64,000 bases of DNA, taken from the NCBI GenBank assembly GCA_002709565.1, contig PAPY01000026.1:1222-65221 (forward strand), in the 5' to 3' direction. The notes under the pieces are model-generated. The model was not told the origin of the DNA, ran no database searches, and worked only from the letters and a program-made list of their open reading frames with translations. The DNA comes from Legionellales bacterium (GTDB lineage Bacteria > Pseudomonadota > Gammaproteobacteria > UBA1113). Every line of letters begins with the position of its first letter. The stretch's first letter is position 1. This document shows, piece after piece, positions 55,097 through 64,000 of this stretch. The position numbers and the translations under genes were made by a program.

Positions 55097-55861
55097 AAAG
55101 CGCTTAAGATCAGCCAATAAACTGCTCGCCCCAATGCGACAGGTGGCGGGGGTGAGCTTGTCTTTGCCTAAAATGTTTTGGGTTAACGCCAGGTAATGAT
55201 TCGCATCAGCTAAAGTCCGAATACCCCCAGAGAACTTAATTCCACAAGCATTGCCGTTATCGTTAATCGCCATTAACATGCTTGCTGCAGCAGCTAGGGT
55301 TGCCCCTGTGGGTGTTTTGCCGGTGGAAGTTTTGATGAAATCAGCACCTGCCGCTATAGCATCACAACTTGCACGATAAATTAATTCCGGCTCACGCAAT
55401 TCACCAGTTTCAAGAATCAACTTAAGACTGTGCTTACCACAGGCTTGACGCACCTGTGTCATGAAGTCCCGGGCATCACTACCCTGTAAATACTGTTGAT
55501 ACGGAATAACACAATCAATTTCATCGGCTCCCAGTTCGATGGCACTAGCAATCTCATCAATGACCGTCGTTATAGGATGGTTACCAGCGGGAAAATTCAC
55601 TACGGTAGCGAATGTAACGGGCGTATTTGCTAAGCTGTCACGACAGAGTGATAAATACTCAGGGTAAACACAAACCGCGGCAACGTACTTATCATCAATG
55701 TGAGTCGCAGCGCAGAGTTCAGTAATCATCTGGGGCGTTGCTGCCTCATCCAGATTGGTCAAATCCACCAACGACAAACAGATCGCAGCGCACCTCGCGT
55801 CTAGGGGCAGCGGGGTAAGTTTGTCCAGCAACTGTTGATGGGTGTCAGTGTCAAAGGCCAT
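55091..55861 (-). CDS. deoC: deoxyribose-phosphate aldolase
   Basis: Long-form DeoC (256 aa). ADFIKTSTGK contains the Schiff-base Lys. Also VVNFPAG and KLILETGEL. Confidence 0.92.
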   Translation of the reverse strand: MAFDTDTHQQLLDKLTPLPLDARCAAICLSLVDLTNLDEAATPQMITELCAATHIDDKYVAAVCVYPEYLSLCRDSLANTPVTFATVVNFPAGNHPITTVIDEIASAIELGADEIDCVIPYQQYLQGSDARDFMTQVRQACGKHSLKLILETGELREPELIYRASCDAIAAGADFIKTSTGKTPTGATLAAAASMLMAINDNGNACGIKFSGGIRTLADANHYLALTQNILGKDKLTPATCRIGASSLLADLKRFL

Positions 55862-56681
55862 TGGCTTGCGCGTGTTCCATGAAGCCGAGAATGAGCTTAA
55901 TCATGTCACCAGAGGCTTTGCCGGCATAATGCAGCGTGCCTTCGTGGGAGAGCTTTTCGTCACTCATGCCAGCGGCTAAATTAGTAATAGCCGCAATAAC
56001 CGCAACCCGCATACCGCAATGACGCGCCACTAGTACTTCCGGCACCGTGGACATGCCGACTAAATCGGCCCCCAGAGTGCGAAAGGCTTTAATTTCGGCG
56101 GGTGTTTCAAACATAGGACCTATCGTTGAGATATAGACCCCTTGGGATACTTCAAGACCGAGTTTTTCTGCGGTGATGCCAATGTTTTTACGTAATTGCT
56201 CATCATAAGTATCTTCCATGCCGATGAAGCGTGGGCCAAACTCTTCATCGTTGGGGCCAATCAATGGGTTAGTGGGCTGAAAATTAATATGGTCCGATAC
56301 CATCACTAAACTGCCAGGGCCAATGTGATGATGCAACGAACCCGAAGAATTAGTACTGAGTAAAACCTCACAACCTAAGAGTTTTAAGGTGCGGATAAGT
56401 GTTTTCACCGCTTCATTGTTGATGCCTTCGTAATTATGTACACGACCCTGCAAGCAAGCCACAGGCATGCCATTCAAGTGCCCCACGACTAAACAACCCG
56501 CATGCCCCGCTACTGTACTGACAGGAAAGCCGGGCAATTCTTCGTAAGAAAAACTAATGGCATCGGTAATTTGATCGGCAACCGCACCTAAACCGGAGCC
56601 CAATACAATGCCAACTTTGGGTGTTAAGCCATTAAGCTTTTGGGTGATAACGTCGGCAGCCTTACGAGCATCTTGTGTCAT
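55851..56681 (-). CDS. purine nucleoside phosphorylase (trimeric PunA/XapA type)
   Basis: GIVLGSGLG...EELPGFPVSTVAGHAG.LVVG...GRVHNYEG and GMSTVPEV. The start was moved to MTQDARKA (ATG 56681), adjacent to the cdd stop. Confidence 0.9.
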   Translation of the reverse strand: MTQDARKAADVITQKLNGLTPKVGIVLGSGLGAVADQITDAISFSYEELPGFPVSTVAGHAGCLVVGHLNGMPVACLQGRVHNYEGINNEAVKTLIRTLKLLGCEVLLSTNSSGSLHHHIGPGSLVMVSDHINFQPTNPLIGPNDEEFGPRFIGMEDTYDEQLRKNIGITAEKLGLEVSQGVYISTIGPMFETPAEIKAFRTLGADLVGMSTVPEVLVARHCGMRVAVIAAITNLAAGMSDEKLSHEGTLHYAGKASGDMIKLILGFMEHAQANGL

Positions 56682-56682
56682 T

Positions 56683-57084
56683 TTAGTTCTCCAAATTTTC
56701 GGGGCCGAAAGAAACCGGCAATAATTCATCAAGGGTTTTTGTTGCTGAGCTGCCACTATGGGTATGCATATGAATCAAGGTCTCACTATTGGCAAATTCA
56801 CGAATGCGTTGACGACAGGCGCCACAGGGCCAACAGGGAAGCTCGCCAGTACCAATCACGACCACCTCAGCAATGTCATGTTCACCGGCACTGACCATCG
56901 CTGCAATGGCGGTGGCTTCTGCACAACATGTAAGACTGTAAGAGGCATTCTCGATATTACAACCCGAGTACACATTGCCTTTTGCTGTGCGAATGCAACA
57001 GCCCACAGCGAACTGTGAATAGGGTGCATAAGCGCGGCTCTGGGCTGCTTTAGCGTGCTCAATTAAATCTTCTGGAATGGTCAT
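56683..57084 (-). CDS. cdd: cytidine deaminase
   Basis: Zinc ligands CAE and PCGACRQ; 133 aa, homotetrameric type. Confidence 0.93.
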   Translation of the reverse strand: MTIPEDLIEHAKAAQSRAYAPYSQFAVGCCIRTAKGNVYSGCNIENASYSLTCCAEATAIAAMVSAGEHDIAEVVVIGTGELPCWPCGACRQRIREFANSETLIHMHTHSGSSATKTLDELLPVSFGPENLEN

Positions 57085-57087
57085 GGA

Positions 57088-58341
57088 TTATTGTCCCAAT
57101 AGTGCTTTAAAGATCTCAAAGTAAACTACCGCAAAGGTTGCCCCGGCAGGGATAGTAATAGCCCAGGACATGAAAATATTGCGAATAACCGTCAAGTTCA
57201 ATGCGCCAATACCACGGGCAAGTCCCACACCTAAGACGCCACCCACCAAGGTTTGGGTAGCAGAAACGGGGATCCCAGTACCGGTGGCGACGACGACAGT
57301 AAATGCCGCTGACAAAGTCGCCGCAAACGCACGACTCGGAGTTAAGCTCGTGATCTTGGTGCCGACGGTTTTGATAACATTACGGCCATACATTAATAAG
57401 CCTAATACCACCCCGGTACAACCGAGGAAAATCACCCAATAAGGCAAGTCACCAAACATCACTTGGCCGCCGGATTGCACGATGCTAACCACGGCTGCCA
57501 TGGGACCCACGGCAATGGCGACATCATTGGAACCATGGGCAAATACCATGGCGCAGGCGGTGAATAACATTAAGATAGCAAAGACTTTTTCGACGTAAGA
57601 AAAATGCGTATGACGTCCCGCATCCTCGGGGATATTCAAGCGGCGTATTAGTGCCACACCGATTAACATGATAACGAGGCCTGTGCCTAAGGTTGTGGCG
57701 ATTTTTTCGAACCCAGTTAACGCGATACCTAATGCCGCAAGTCCCCGCAGGATAGAGGCGGTCGAAATCGCCACCCCAATCAAGAACAAATACACCGGCG
57801 CGTAGCGTTTGGCATAACCAAAGGGATGGGGGCGCATGAATATCAGCCGTTGCACACTCAGGAATAACAAATAGGCAAAGATCCCCGCAATCATTGGCGA
57901 GGTTATCCAGCTGACGGCAATGATCCCCACTTGATGCCAATGTACGGCATTAACGCCAAGCACGATAGTCCCAAAACCCACCATGGCACCGATAATAGTA
58001 TGGGTAATTGAGACCGGTAAACCTAAAAAACTCGCCAATAACATCCAAGTCGTGCCAGCCAACAACACCGCTAACATGCCGTAGATTAAGATCTCTGGCG
58101 TGGCACTCAACATACTGGTATTAATAATGCCTGAGCGCACCGTATCACTGACTTGTACGCCGCCAAGAAACGCACCGGCATATTCAAAAATAACGGCAAT
58201 GATGAGGGCTTGGCGCAGGGTGATAGCTTTTGAGCCCATAGTGGTACTCATGACATTGGCAAGATCGTTCGCGCCCACACCCCAGGTCATCATTAATCCG
58301 AAGAGACATGCGAGAGCGATAAAGAGTGTGCCGTATTCCAT
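57088..58341 (-). CDS. inorganic phosphate transporter (PiT family)
   Basis: GANDLANVM and GSNDVAIAVGP are the duplicated PiT signature; 417 aa, polytopic. Confidence 0.93.
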   Translation of the reverse strand: MEYGTLFIALACLFGLMMTWGVGANDLANVMSTTMGSKAITLRQALIIAVIFEYAGAFLGGVQVSDTVRSGIINTSMLSATPEILIYGMLAVLLAGTTWMLLASFLGLPVSITHTIIGAMVGFGTIVLGVNAVHWHQVGIIAVSWITSPMIAGIFAYLLFLSVQRLIFMRPHPFGYAKRYAPVYLFLIGVAISTASILRGLAALGIALTGFEKIATTLGTGLVIMLIGVALIRRLNIPEDAGRHTHFSYVEKVFAILMLFTACAMVFAHGSNDVAIAVGPMAAVVSIVQSGGQVMFGDLPYWVIFLGCTGVVLGLLMYGRNVIKTVGTKITSLTPSRAFAATLSAAFTVVVATGTGIPVSATQTLVGGVLGVGLARGIGALNLTVIRNIFMSWAITIPAGATFAVVYFEIFKALLGQ

Positions 58342-58346
58342 CGTGG

Positions 58347-59021
58347 TTAGCGCGCCAATAATAATTGCAAACGGTCACCGACTTGTTCAGCGTAGTCAGC
58401 TAACTCGCCTACCATGTCGATCACTTGGTATAAGAACATCACATCCACCGGCGGCAAGTCTTGCTCCAGGCCAAACAATTGGTGGCGGACTTCAACTTGA
58501 ATTTCGTCGGCATCATGTTCAATTTTGCTGATGTCATTGATCATGTTCTCCACCAAATCCACTTCATTGCCGCGAAAGCCACTCTCGAGCAATTCGTCTA
58601 ATTCATTGATGGCTTTGTCGGTTTGTTCCACCGTATCCACACTGCGTTTTAGCAAATCCAAAAACCGCGGGGTGAGGGCTTCAGGGATATGTAAGCGTCG
58701 GCCTAATACCGTGCCGGCAATGTCTTTGGCTTTGTTGGCAATGCGGTCTTGCATGGCCAGCATGCCTAATAAGTCACCACGCGAAACCGGCAGGAATAAG
58801 CCTTTGGGCAAATGGGCCCGTAGATCTTGTTTGATAGTGTCTGCTTCATTCTCAAGCACAGCGATGGCTTGTTGCTTCTCTTCCGCACGTTGCCAATCTT
58901 TGTCAAATACTGCCGCGAAGAAGCCTTGTAGCTCCCGCGCGCTGGAGAGTGCTTTATCCATGTGCTTTTGGATCGGACGAATGGGCGAGCGCCCAAACAT
59001 TTTGAAGATATGATTTCCCAT
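58347..59021 (-). CDS. DUF47 (PhoU-like, TIGR00153) protein, Pit accessory
   Basis: 224-aa helical protein with the FGRSP N-terminus and the ...EHDADEI... motif. The canonical pairing is with a downstream PiT gene. Confidence 0.88.
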   Translation of the reverse strand: MGNHIFKMFGRSPIRPIQKHMDKALSSARELQGFFAAVFDKDWQRAEEKQQAIAVLENEADTIKQDLRAHLPKGLFLPVSRGDLLGMLAMQDRIANKAKDIAGTVLGRRLHIPEALTPRFLDLLKRSVDTVEQTDKAINELDELLESGFRGNEVDLVENMINDISKIEHDADEIQVEVRHQLFGLEQDLPPVDVMFLYQVIDMVGELADYAEQVGDRLQLLLAR

Positions 59022-59148
59022 AATTCCCTGCCATTAGGTCACGAAAGACAGGGGAAGTATATCTGTTAATAAGGCTGTAGCCAAGGTTAGTGGCAGGGAC
59101 AGGTCTATGCTATGCTCTAGCAATCATTCGTCGAGGAACATCTTCACT

Positions 59149-59775
59149 ATGGCCACCGAAACCGAACTCAAGCTCAGTATTGCCGCGACGGATATCCCGG
59201 CCTTCAAAGCTCACCCGGCGATTGTCGAGGCGACCATTAAGGGGCCTGAGGAATTGCCGTTGTTGAATACCTATTTTGATACGCCAGATTTCACGTTACG
59301 ACAACATGGTTACGGTTTGCGCATTCGTGAGCAACAGGGGCGTTTCATCCAAACCCTCAAAGCCAAGGGAGAAGAAACCTACGCCGGTTTGCATCAACGG
59401 CAAGAATGGGAAACCGAGCTTGATGGTTTTGCTATCGATGTTACAGCGATTCCGTTGGATGAAGTACAAAAATTACTCAAAACGCCTGCCTCGCCAATCT
59501 TCACTACTGACTTTACCCGGACTCGCTGGTTGCTAGAACCCAATCCTGAGACCGAAATTGAATTGGCACTGGATGTGGGTATGATCAAAGCCGGGGACAA
59601 GCGTTGCAAAATCCAAGAAGTCGAACTTGAGCTAGTGTCAGGGGAAAAGCAACAGTTATTCGCATTTGCCGCCAAACTCCAACAAGATATCACCCTTATC
59701 TCGGAAGATCGCAGCAAAGCCTCGCGGGGTTATGACCTGTTGAGTGGCTCTCAGCCGAGCGCCATGGATAACTGA
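59149..59775 (+). CDS. CYTH domain protein (triphosphate tunnel metalloenzyme)
   Basis: MATETELKLSI carries the ExExK signature. Also GYGLRIRE, QEVELELVSG. Start at the internal ATG 59149. Confidence 0.85.
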   Translation: MATETELKLSIAATDIPAFKAHPAIVEATIKGPEELPLLNTYFDTPDFTLRQHGYGLRIREQQGRFIQTLKAKGEETYAGLHQRQEWETELDGFAIDVTAIPLDEVQKLLKTPASPIFTTDFTRTRWLLEPNPETEIELALDVGMIKAGDKRCKIQEVELELVSGEKQQLFAFAAKLQQDITLISEDRSKASRGYDLLSGSQPSAMDN

Positions 59776-60392
59776 TCGTCATCTTCCGTCTCCGGCAACA
59801 CCGTCTTCGCGGGTTGGGCAATGCCTTCACGAAAGTGCTTGCGGCAAGTGGGCACATAACGGTCATTACCGCCGATCTCCACTTGAGCCCCCTCGAGGAC
59901 TTTATGACCCTCCTCATCAATGCGCATATTCATGGTGGCTTTGGCGCCACAATGGCAAATGGTTTTGATCTCAGACAATACTTCAGCCAAGGCCAATAAA
60001 TACAGACTGCCCGGGAATGGCTCACCCCTGAAATCCGTACGCAACCCATAACAAAGCACGGGAATTTTGCAGTCAAGGGTCACATCCGCTAACTGTAACA
60101 CTTGTGCTTTTGTCAAAAACTGCGCTTCATCGATGAGTATACATTTGATATTAGGATTGGTTGCTATCGCACTCTGGGTGTACTCCAGCATATCTAATTG
60201 ATCATCAAAGGGAATGGCATTGGCTTGCAAACCGATGCGCGAGGTCACGGTGCCCACTGCAAAGCGATTGTCAAAGGAGGGCGTAAACAGTAACGTATCC
60301 ATGCCCCGTTCTTGATAATTATAAGCCGATTGCAACAGGGTCGTGCTTTTACCTGCATTCATAGCCGAGTAATAAAAATACAGTTTCGCCAC
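59751..60392 (-). CDS. tdk: thymidine kinase
   Basis: YFYYSAMNAGKSTTLL P-loop, IDEAQF, and zinc ribbon ICHCGAKA...VPTCRKH. Confidence 0.96.
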   Translation of the reverse strand: MAKLYFYYSAMNAGKSTTLLQSAYNYQERGMDTLLFTPSFDNRFAVGTVTSRIGLQANAIPFDDQLDMLEYTQSAIATNPNIKCILIDEAQFLTKAQVLQLADVTLDCKIPVLCYGLRTDFRGEPFPGSLYLLALAEVLSEIKTICHCGAKATMNMRIDEEGHKVLEGAQVEIGGNDRYVPTCRKHFREGIAQPAKTVLPETEDDDQLSMALG

Positions 60393-60404
60393 CGAAACAA
60401 CTCC

Positions 60405-61154
60405 TTACCATTGACTGCGGCGGGCTCGCGCAGTAACGCGCCCCACCAAAAACCCCACCAACAAACTGATCAAGACAATAATCGCACCGGTCAATAGCCA
60501 AGTGCGGTTTTGACTTTGCTGCAGGAGGGCATTATTGAATTGTAATTCAGAGACTTGATGTTGCAGGGTGCTCACATCTTTGCTCAATGGTCGTGGTTTC
60601 GGTGTATCGACGTGTTTGTTTTCACTCACCCCCTGCAAATGGTCTTTGACCGAGGACATCATGGACTGGGCATGTTGCTTAGCTCTATCACTGACGGGGT
60701 TATTGACCAACATGTCTGGTGAAACATGCTTGGGCTTGATACTGGCAATCGTATTGGTGGCATGGACCAGAGAGGTCGGTTCAGGCTTGTCTGTATCTGG
60801 TGTTGCTGCCGGTGCTGTTGATATTGCCTGCTCTGGTGCTACCCTATGCCCAGGAGGTGCGGCTTCAGGTTTCGGGGTGATAAATGCCACCCGTCGGTTT
60901 GGATCCGGAGACACGTGGGAAATCTTCACCCAACCACGGGTTTGTTTGTCAGTGACTACCATGGCATAGCCGGATTTTAAGTCGGTACCGACTAATTGTA
61001 ATTTGGCTTTTGGTTTCAACTGACCAATCACCGCGGCACCTTTACCCGGCTTACTGTAGAGCAGGGTACTTTTGGGTGAAATGACATACAGAGTCTCTGC
61101 CTGGGCAATACCAGCAAACAAAACAATCAAGAGTAAACAGATAATCCTAATCAC
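60405..61154 (-). CDS. SH3b-domain membrane protein (YgiM-like)
   Basis: Signal peptide, SH3b (LYVISPKSTLLYSKPGKGAAVIGQLKP...GYAMVVTDKQTRGWVKISHV), coiled coil, and a C-terminal TM followed by an RRSQW anchor. Confidence 0.75.
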   Translation of the reverse strand: MIRIICLLLIVLFAGIAQAETLYVISPKSTLLYSKPGKGAAVIGQLKPKAKLQLVGTDLKSGYAMVVTDKQTRGWVKISHVSPDPNRRVAFITPKPEAAPPGHRVAPEQAISTAPAATPDTDKPEPTSLVHATNTIASIKPKHVSPDMLVNNPVSDRAKQHAQSMMSSVKDHLQGVSENKHVDTPKPRPLSKDVSTLQHQVSELQFNNALLQQSQNRTWLLTGAIIVLISLLVGFLVGRVTARARRSQW

Positions 61155-61230
61155 GCTATATCCTATCGATGTGGTTCATCGCTAGGATGATAGCGGATCT
61201 TCACAAGGAGCACCAGCTGCGGGGTTATTT

Positions 61231-61485
61231 TTACTGTTGCTTTGTCTTGGCAGCATCAAGGCAAGAAGTTATCTTGGCGCTGAAAGGTTCATTGCAGTTA
61301 ACTTGACAGGCTTCTTCCCGGGTATCAGGATCTTTTGTACGGATACAATTGACGTGGCAGTCTTTGAGATCGTTAAAATTGAGTACGTAACAACCCTTAA
61401 ATTTACCTTCATCAACTGTAATAATTTTCCCAGCAAAACTGGGTATCGCAACGGCCAAGAGTAAGCTTGCTAGTAGAATACGCAT
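61231..61485 (-). CDS. small secreted Cys-rich hypothetical protein
   Basis: Signal peptide MRILLASLLLAVAIPSFA; six Cys in 65 mature residues. Confidence 0.55.
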   Translation of the reverse strand: MRILLASLLLAVAIPSFAGKIITVDEGKFKGCYVLNFNDLKDCHVNCIRTKDPDTREEACQVNCNEPFSAKITSCLDAAKTKQQ

Positions 61486-61554
61486 ATTTTTATTCCTCTG
61501 GTTTTAAGCCTAAGTATAGTTGGTTATACTGCGCTTTTGCTAGAGAGTAACAGA

Positions 61555-62433
61555 ATGCCGCCAAAAATCATCCCTGAATCTGAATTAATCCTTAACTCCG
61601 ACGGCAGTGTATACCATTTGAACTTATTACCCGAGGATATTGGCGATACCGTGATTACGGTGGGGGACCCTGACCGGGTGCCGAAGGTGTCCCAGTATTT
61701 TGACGACATTGAACTCAAAAAAGGCAAACGCGAAATCATTACCCACACCGGTCGTTTAGGCAAACACCGTATTACCGTGTTGTCCACTGGTATCGGTACG
61801 GACAATATTGATATTTGTTTGACGGAACTGGATGCCTTGGTCAATGTGGATTTAGGCACGCGTACTATCAAGCCCGATTTGCGTAGCCTGAACATCATTC
61901 GTCTGGGGACCACCGGGGGATTGCAGCCTGATGCGGCGGTGGATAGTTTTGTCGTGACCCGTTATGCCTTTGGCTTTGATAGTTTGTTGCAGTTCTACCG
62001 CTATGATAACGATGGAGCAGAGCAACAATTGGCCCAAGCGGCTCAGAGCCATTTTGCTGATGCCAAATTGACGCCTTATGTCATCGGTGGCAGTGAGGGA
62101 CTGCATGATTTGTTTGTAGACCAATGCCACAGCGGTATTACCGCGACATGCTGTGGATTCTATGGACCCCAAGGTCGCCGTGTGCGAGCACCGTTGAGCA
62201 TTGATGATTTAATGGGGGAGCTGCAACGGTTTCAGCATCAAGGCAAGCGTATTGTGAACTTTGAAATGGAGACAGCAGGGATCTATGGGCTTGGCAAAAT
62301 TTTAAATCATCACTGTTGCTCCTTGAGTGCCGTCATGGTAAATCGGCATGACAAAACCGTGTCCAACACCCCTGAAGAGACGGTCGATAGGTTAATTCGT
62401 TATGGTTTGGAAACCCTTTCCAACAAGTTATGA
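61555..62433 (+). CDS. nucleoside phosphorylase (PNP_UDP_1 family, uridine-phosphorylase-like)
   Basis: VITVGDPDRV, GIGTDNIDI, RLGTTGGL and FEMETAGIYGL motifs. ATG at 61555 chosen. Confidence 0.8.
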   Translation: MPPKIIPESELILNSDGSVYHLNLLPEDIGDTVITVGDPDRVPKVSQYFDDIELKKGKREIITHTGRLGKHRITVLSTGIGTDNIDICLTELDALVNVDLGTRTIKPDLRSLNIIRLGTTGGLQPDAAVDSFVVTRYAFGFDSLLQFYRYDNDGAEQQLAQAAQSHFADAKLTPYVIGGSEGLHDLFVDQCHSGITATCCGFYGPQGRRVRAPLSIDDLMGELQRFQHQGKRIVNFEMETAGIYGLGKILNHHCCSLSAVMVNRHDKTVSNTPEETVDRLIRYGLETLSNKL

Positions 62434-62567
62434 CACATTCAGGCCAATTTTCGTCAAATATCCCTTTGTCTGTCTCTACACATCGTGCTACACTTCCTCC
62501 GCTCGGACGTTTTGCCGAGTAGGTTTAATAACTTTGTTAACGCTAAGGAATTCTAGGGAGAGCGCTT

Positions 62568-62822
62568 ATGTCAAAGGGGCAGTCACTACAAGACCCTTTC
62601 CTCAACACACTACGGAAGGAAAAGGTCCCTGTTGCTATTTATTTAGTGAATGGGATCAAACTTCAGGGTGTTGTTGAGTCATTCGATCAATTTGTTGTTT
62701 TGTTAAAAAACTCAGTTAGCCAAATGGTGTACAAACACGCGATTTCGACCATCGTCCCTTCACGGGCGGTGCGCATGGAGTCATTGGCTGAGAGTTCCGA
62801 AACAGAAGCTGCTGACGCTTAA
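62568..62822 (+). CDS. hfq: RNA chaperone Hfq
   Basis: [64 protein letters not shown] is a near-canonical Sm1/Sm2 sequence. Confidence 0.98.
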   Translation: MSKGQSLQDPFLNTLRKEKVPVAIYLVNGIKLQGVVESFDQFVVLLKNSVSQMVYKHAISTIVPSRAVRMESLAESSETEAADA

Positions 62823-62841
62823 CTTGAAATGAGGTAATCAC

Positions 62842-64000
62842 TTGTTTGAACGCCCAGAAGGTGGCGAAGTTGCAGTATTAGTACATATTGATTTTCGCCA
62901 AATTGGTGTTCAGGAAGAACTCGATGAATTTCAGGATTTAGTCCAGTCAGCGGGGGTGACGCCGGCAGCGGTAATTACCGCTACTCGGCGTGCGCCTGAT
63001 GCAAAGCTCTTTATTGGTAGTGGTAAGGTCGATGAGATCAGAGCCAGTATTGCCGCGAGCCAAGCCGATGCTGTTATTTTTAATCATTCATTAACACCCG
63101 CCCAAGAACGTAACCTCGAGCGCGCCTTGCAATGCCGTGTGTTGGACCGTATTAGTCTCATCTTAGATATTTTTGCCCAACGGGCCCGTACCTTTGAAGG
63201 TAAACTGCAAGTCGAATTGGCCCAGTTGCGCCATTTATCCACGCGATTAGTGCGGGGTTGGACTCACTTGGAACGACAAAAAGGCGGGATTGGTCTCAGA
63301 GGTCCGGGTGAGAAGCAGTTAGAGGTGGATAGGCGATTATTGCGACACCGTATTAACACCATTAATCGTCGGCTTGAGAAAGTCCGCCAACAACGCCAAT
63401 TAGGGCGACGTTCCCGGCAACGGGCGACCATTCCGACGGTGTCTTTAGTGGGTTATACCAATGCGGGTAAATCGACTTTGTTCAATCAAATCACGGATGC
63501 GGATGTCTTTGCTGAACAACAAATGTTCGCGACCCTGGATCCGACGTTGCGGCGTTTAGTTATCCCAAGCTTTGGTGAAACCGTATTCGCTGACACTGTC
63601 GGTTTCATTCGGCATTTGCCCCATGAATTAGTCGATGCTTTTCGTGCCACGTTAGAGGAAACCCAACAAGCGGATTTGTTACTCCATGTTATCGATGCCC
63701 ATGCCTCGACTCGTCACGAACAAGCGGAGCAAGTAGATGCCGTATTAGCACAAATAGAAGCCAATGAAATACCGCAAATCTTGGTGTTTAACAAAATTGA
63801 TTTGCTCGAAGGGGCCGAACCCCGAGTCGATAGGGACAGCCATGGTCGGGTGCGCCGGGTATGGGTGTCTTCGCTCACGGGTGCGGGTATCCCTGAGTTA
63901 TTACAAGCTATTACCCATAGCTTGGCTGAGGACATTATGCATAAAACTTTGCGCATAAGCCCAGAGCAAGGGCGCATGCGCGCGGCGTTCTATCAAGCCG
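62842..64000 (+). CDS. hflX: GTPase HflX (3' end beyond window)
   Basis: My translation from TTG 62842 (GAGG RBS) gives LFERPEGGE...LDIFAQRARTFEGKLQVELAQL...GYTNAGKSTLFN...DTVGFI...NKIDL. The frame is open to the window edge. It is not in the supplied ORF track because no stop codon is reached. Confidence 0.93.
   Translation, partial: MFERPEGGEVAVLVHIDFRQIGVQEELDEFQDLVQSAGVTPAAVITATRRAPDAKLFIGSGKVDEIRASIAASQADAVIFNHSLTPAQERNLERALQCRVLDRISLILDIFAQRARTFEGKLQVELAQLRHLSTRLVRGWTHLERQKGGIGLRGPGEKQLEVDRRLLRHRINTINRRLEKVRQQRQLGRRSRQRATIPTVSLVGYTNAGKSTLFNQITDADVFAEQQMFATLDPTLRRLVIPSFGETVFADTVGFIRHLPHELVDAFRATLEETQQADLLLHVIDAHASTRHEQAEQVDAVLAQIEANEIPQILVFNKIDLLEGAEPRVDRDSHGRVRRVWVSSLTGAGIPELLQAITHSLAEDIMHKTLRISPEQGRMRAAFYQA

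Overview
This is a 64-kb chromosomal segment of a gammaproteobacterium. All calls rest on reading the sequence and ORF translations and on remembered motifs; no database search was run. The gene content points to a Legionellales-like intracellular organism: many nucleoside-salvage genes, Pht-like MFS transporters, and eukaryote-like or orphan candidate effectors. That placement is inference.

Conserved backbone:
- The rpsU / GatB-YqeY / dnaG / rpoD macromolecular-synthesis operon (7.6-12.1 kb).
- rsgA and cca.
- A complete MoxR / DUF58 / DUF4381 / BatA-D operon (16.6-23.6 kb).
- add, deoB and two tandem MFS transporters.
- sppA, coaBC, dut, a phosphomannomutase and a thiamine pyrophosphokinase.
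- lexA, pyrE and xthA.
- deoC, a purine nucleoside phosphorylase, cdd, pit with its DUF47 partner, tdk, hfq and hflX (cut by the window edge).

Accessory or unusual content:
1. A tRNA(CAU)-linked integrase/AlpA island (1-7.3 kb). Its cargo is an uncharacterised cassette: an orphan 446-aa protein, a SAH-hydrolase-like protein, an HD hydrolase and a SAM methyltransferase.
2. A duplicated tRNA 5' fragment that brackets a GC-rich insert just downstream of rpoD.
3. Four tandem paralogues encoding small secreted four-Cys proteins.
4. A 1077-aa orphan acidic protein.
5. An islet (33.4-38.4 kb) holding an OTU-like protease with an out-of-order Cys loop, a truncated ATPase remnant, a palindromic repeat array, an orphan VgrG-like spike gene and a COG1373-type ATPase.
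6. A MITE-like family with three copies, two of them with clean 6-bp target duplications.
7. A TPR protein with an NLS-like N-terminus.
8. A lipoprotein with about 28 % tyrosine.
9. An AbiEi/AbiEii module with a 17-bp inverted-repeat operator.
10. A GGA-rich structured intergenic region that could be a Csr/Rsm-type RNA.

No rRNA genes, CRISPR arrays or intact IS elements were seen.
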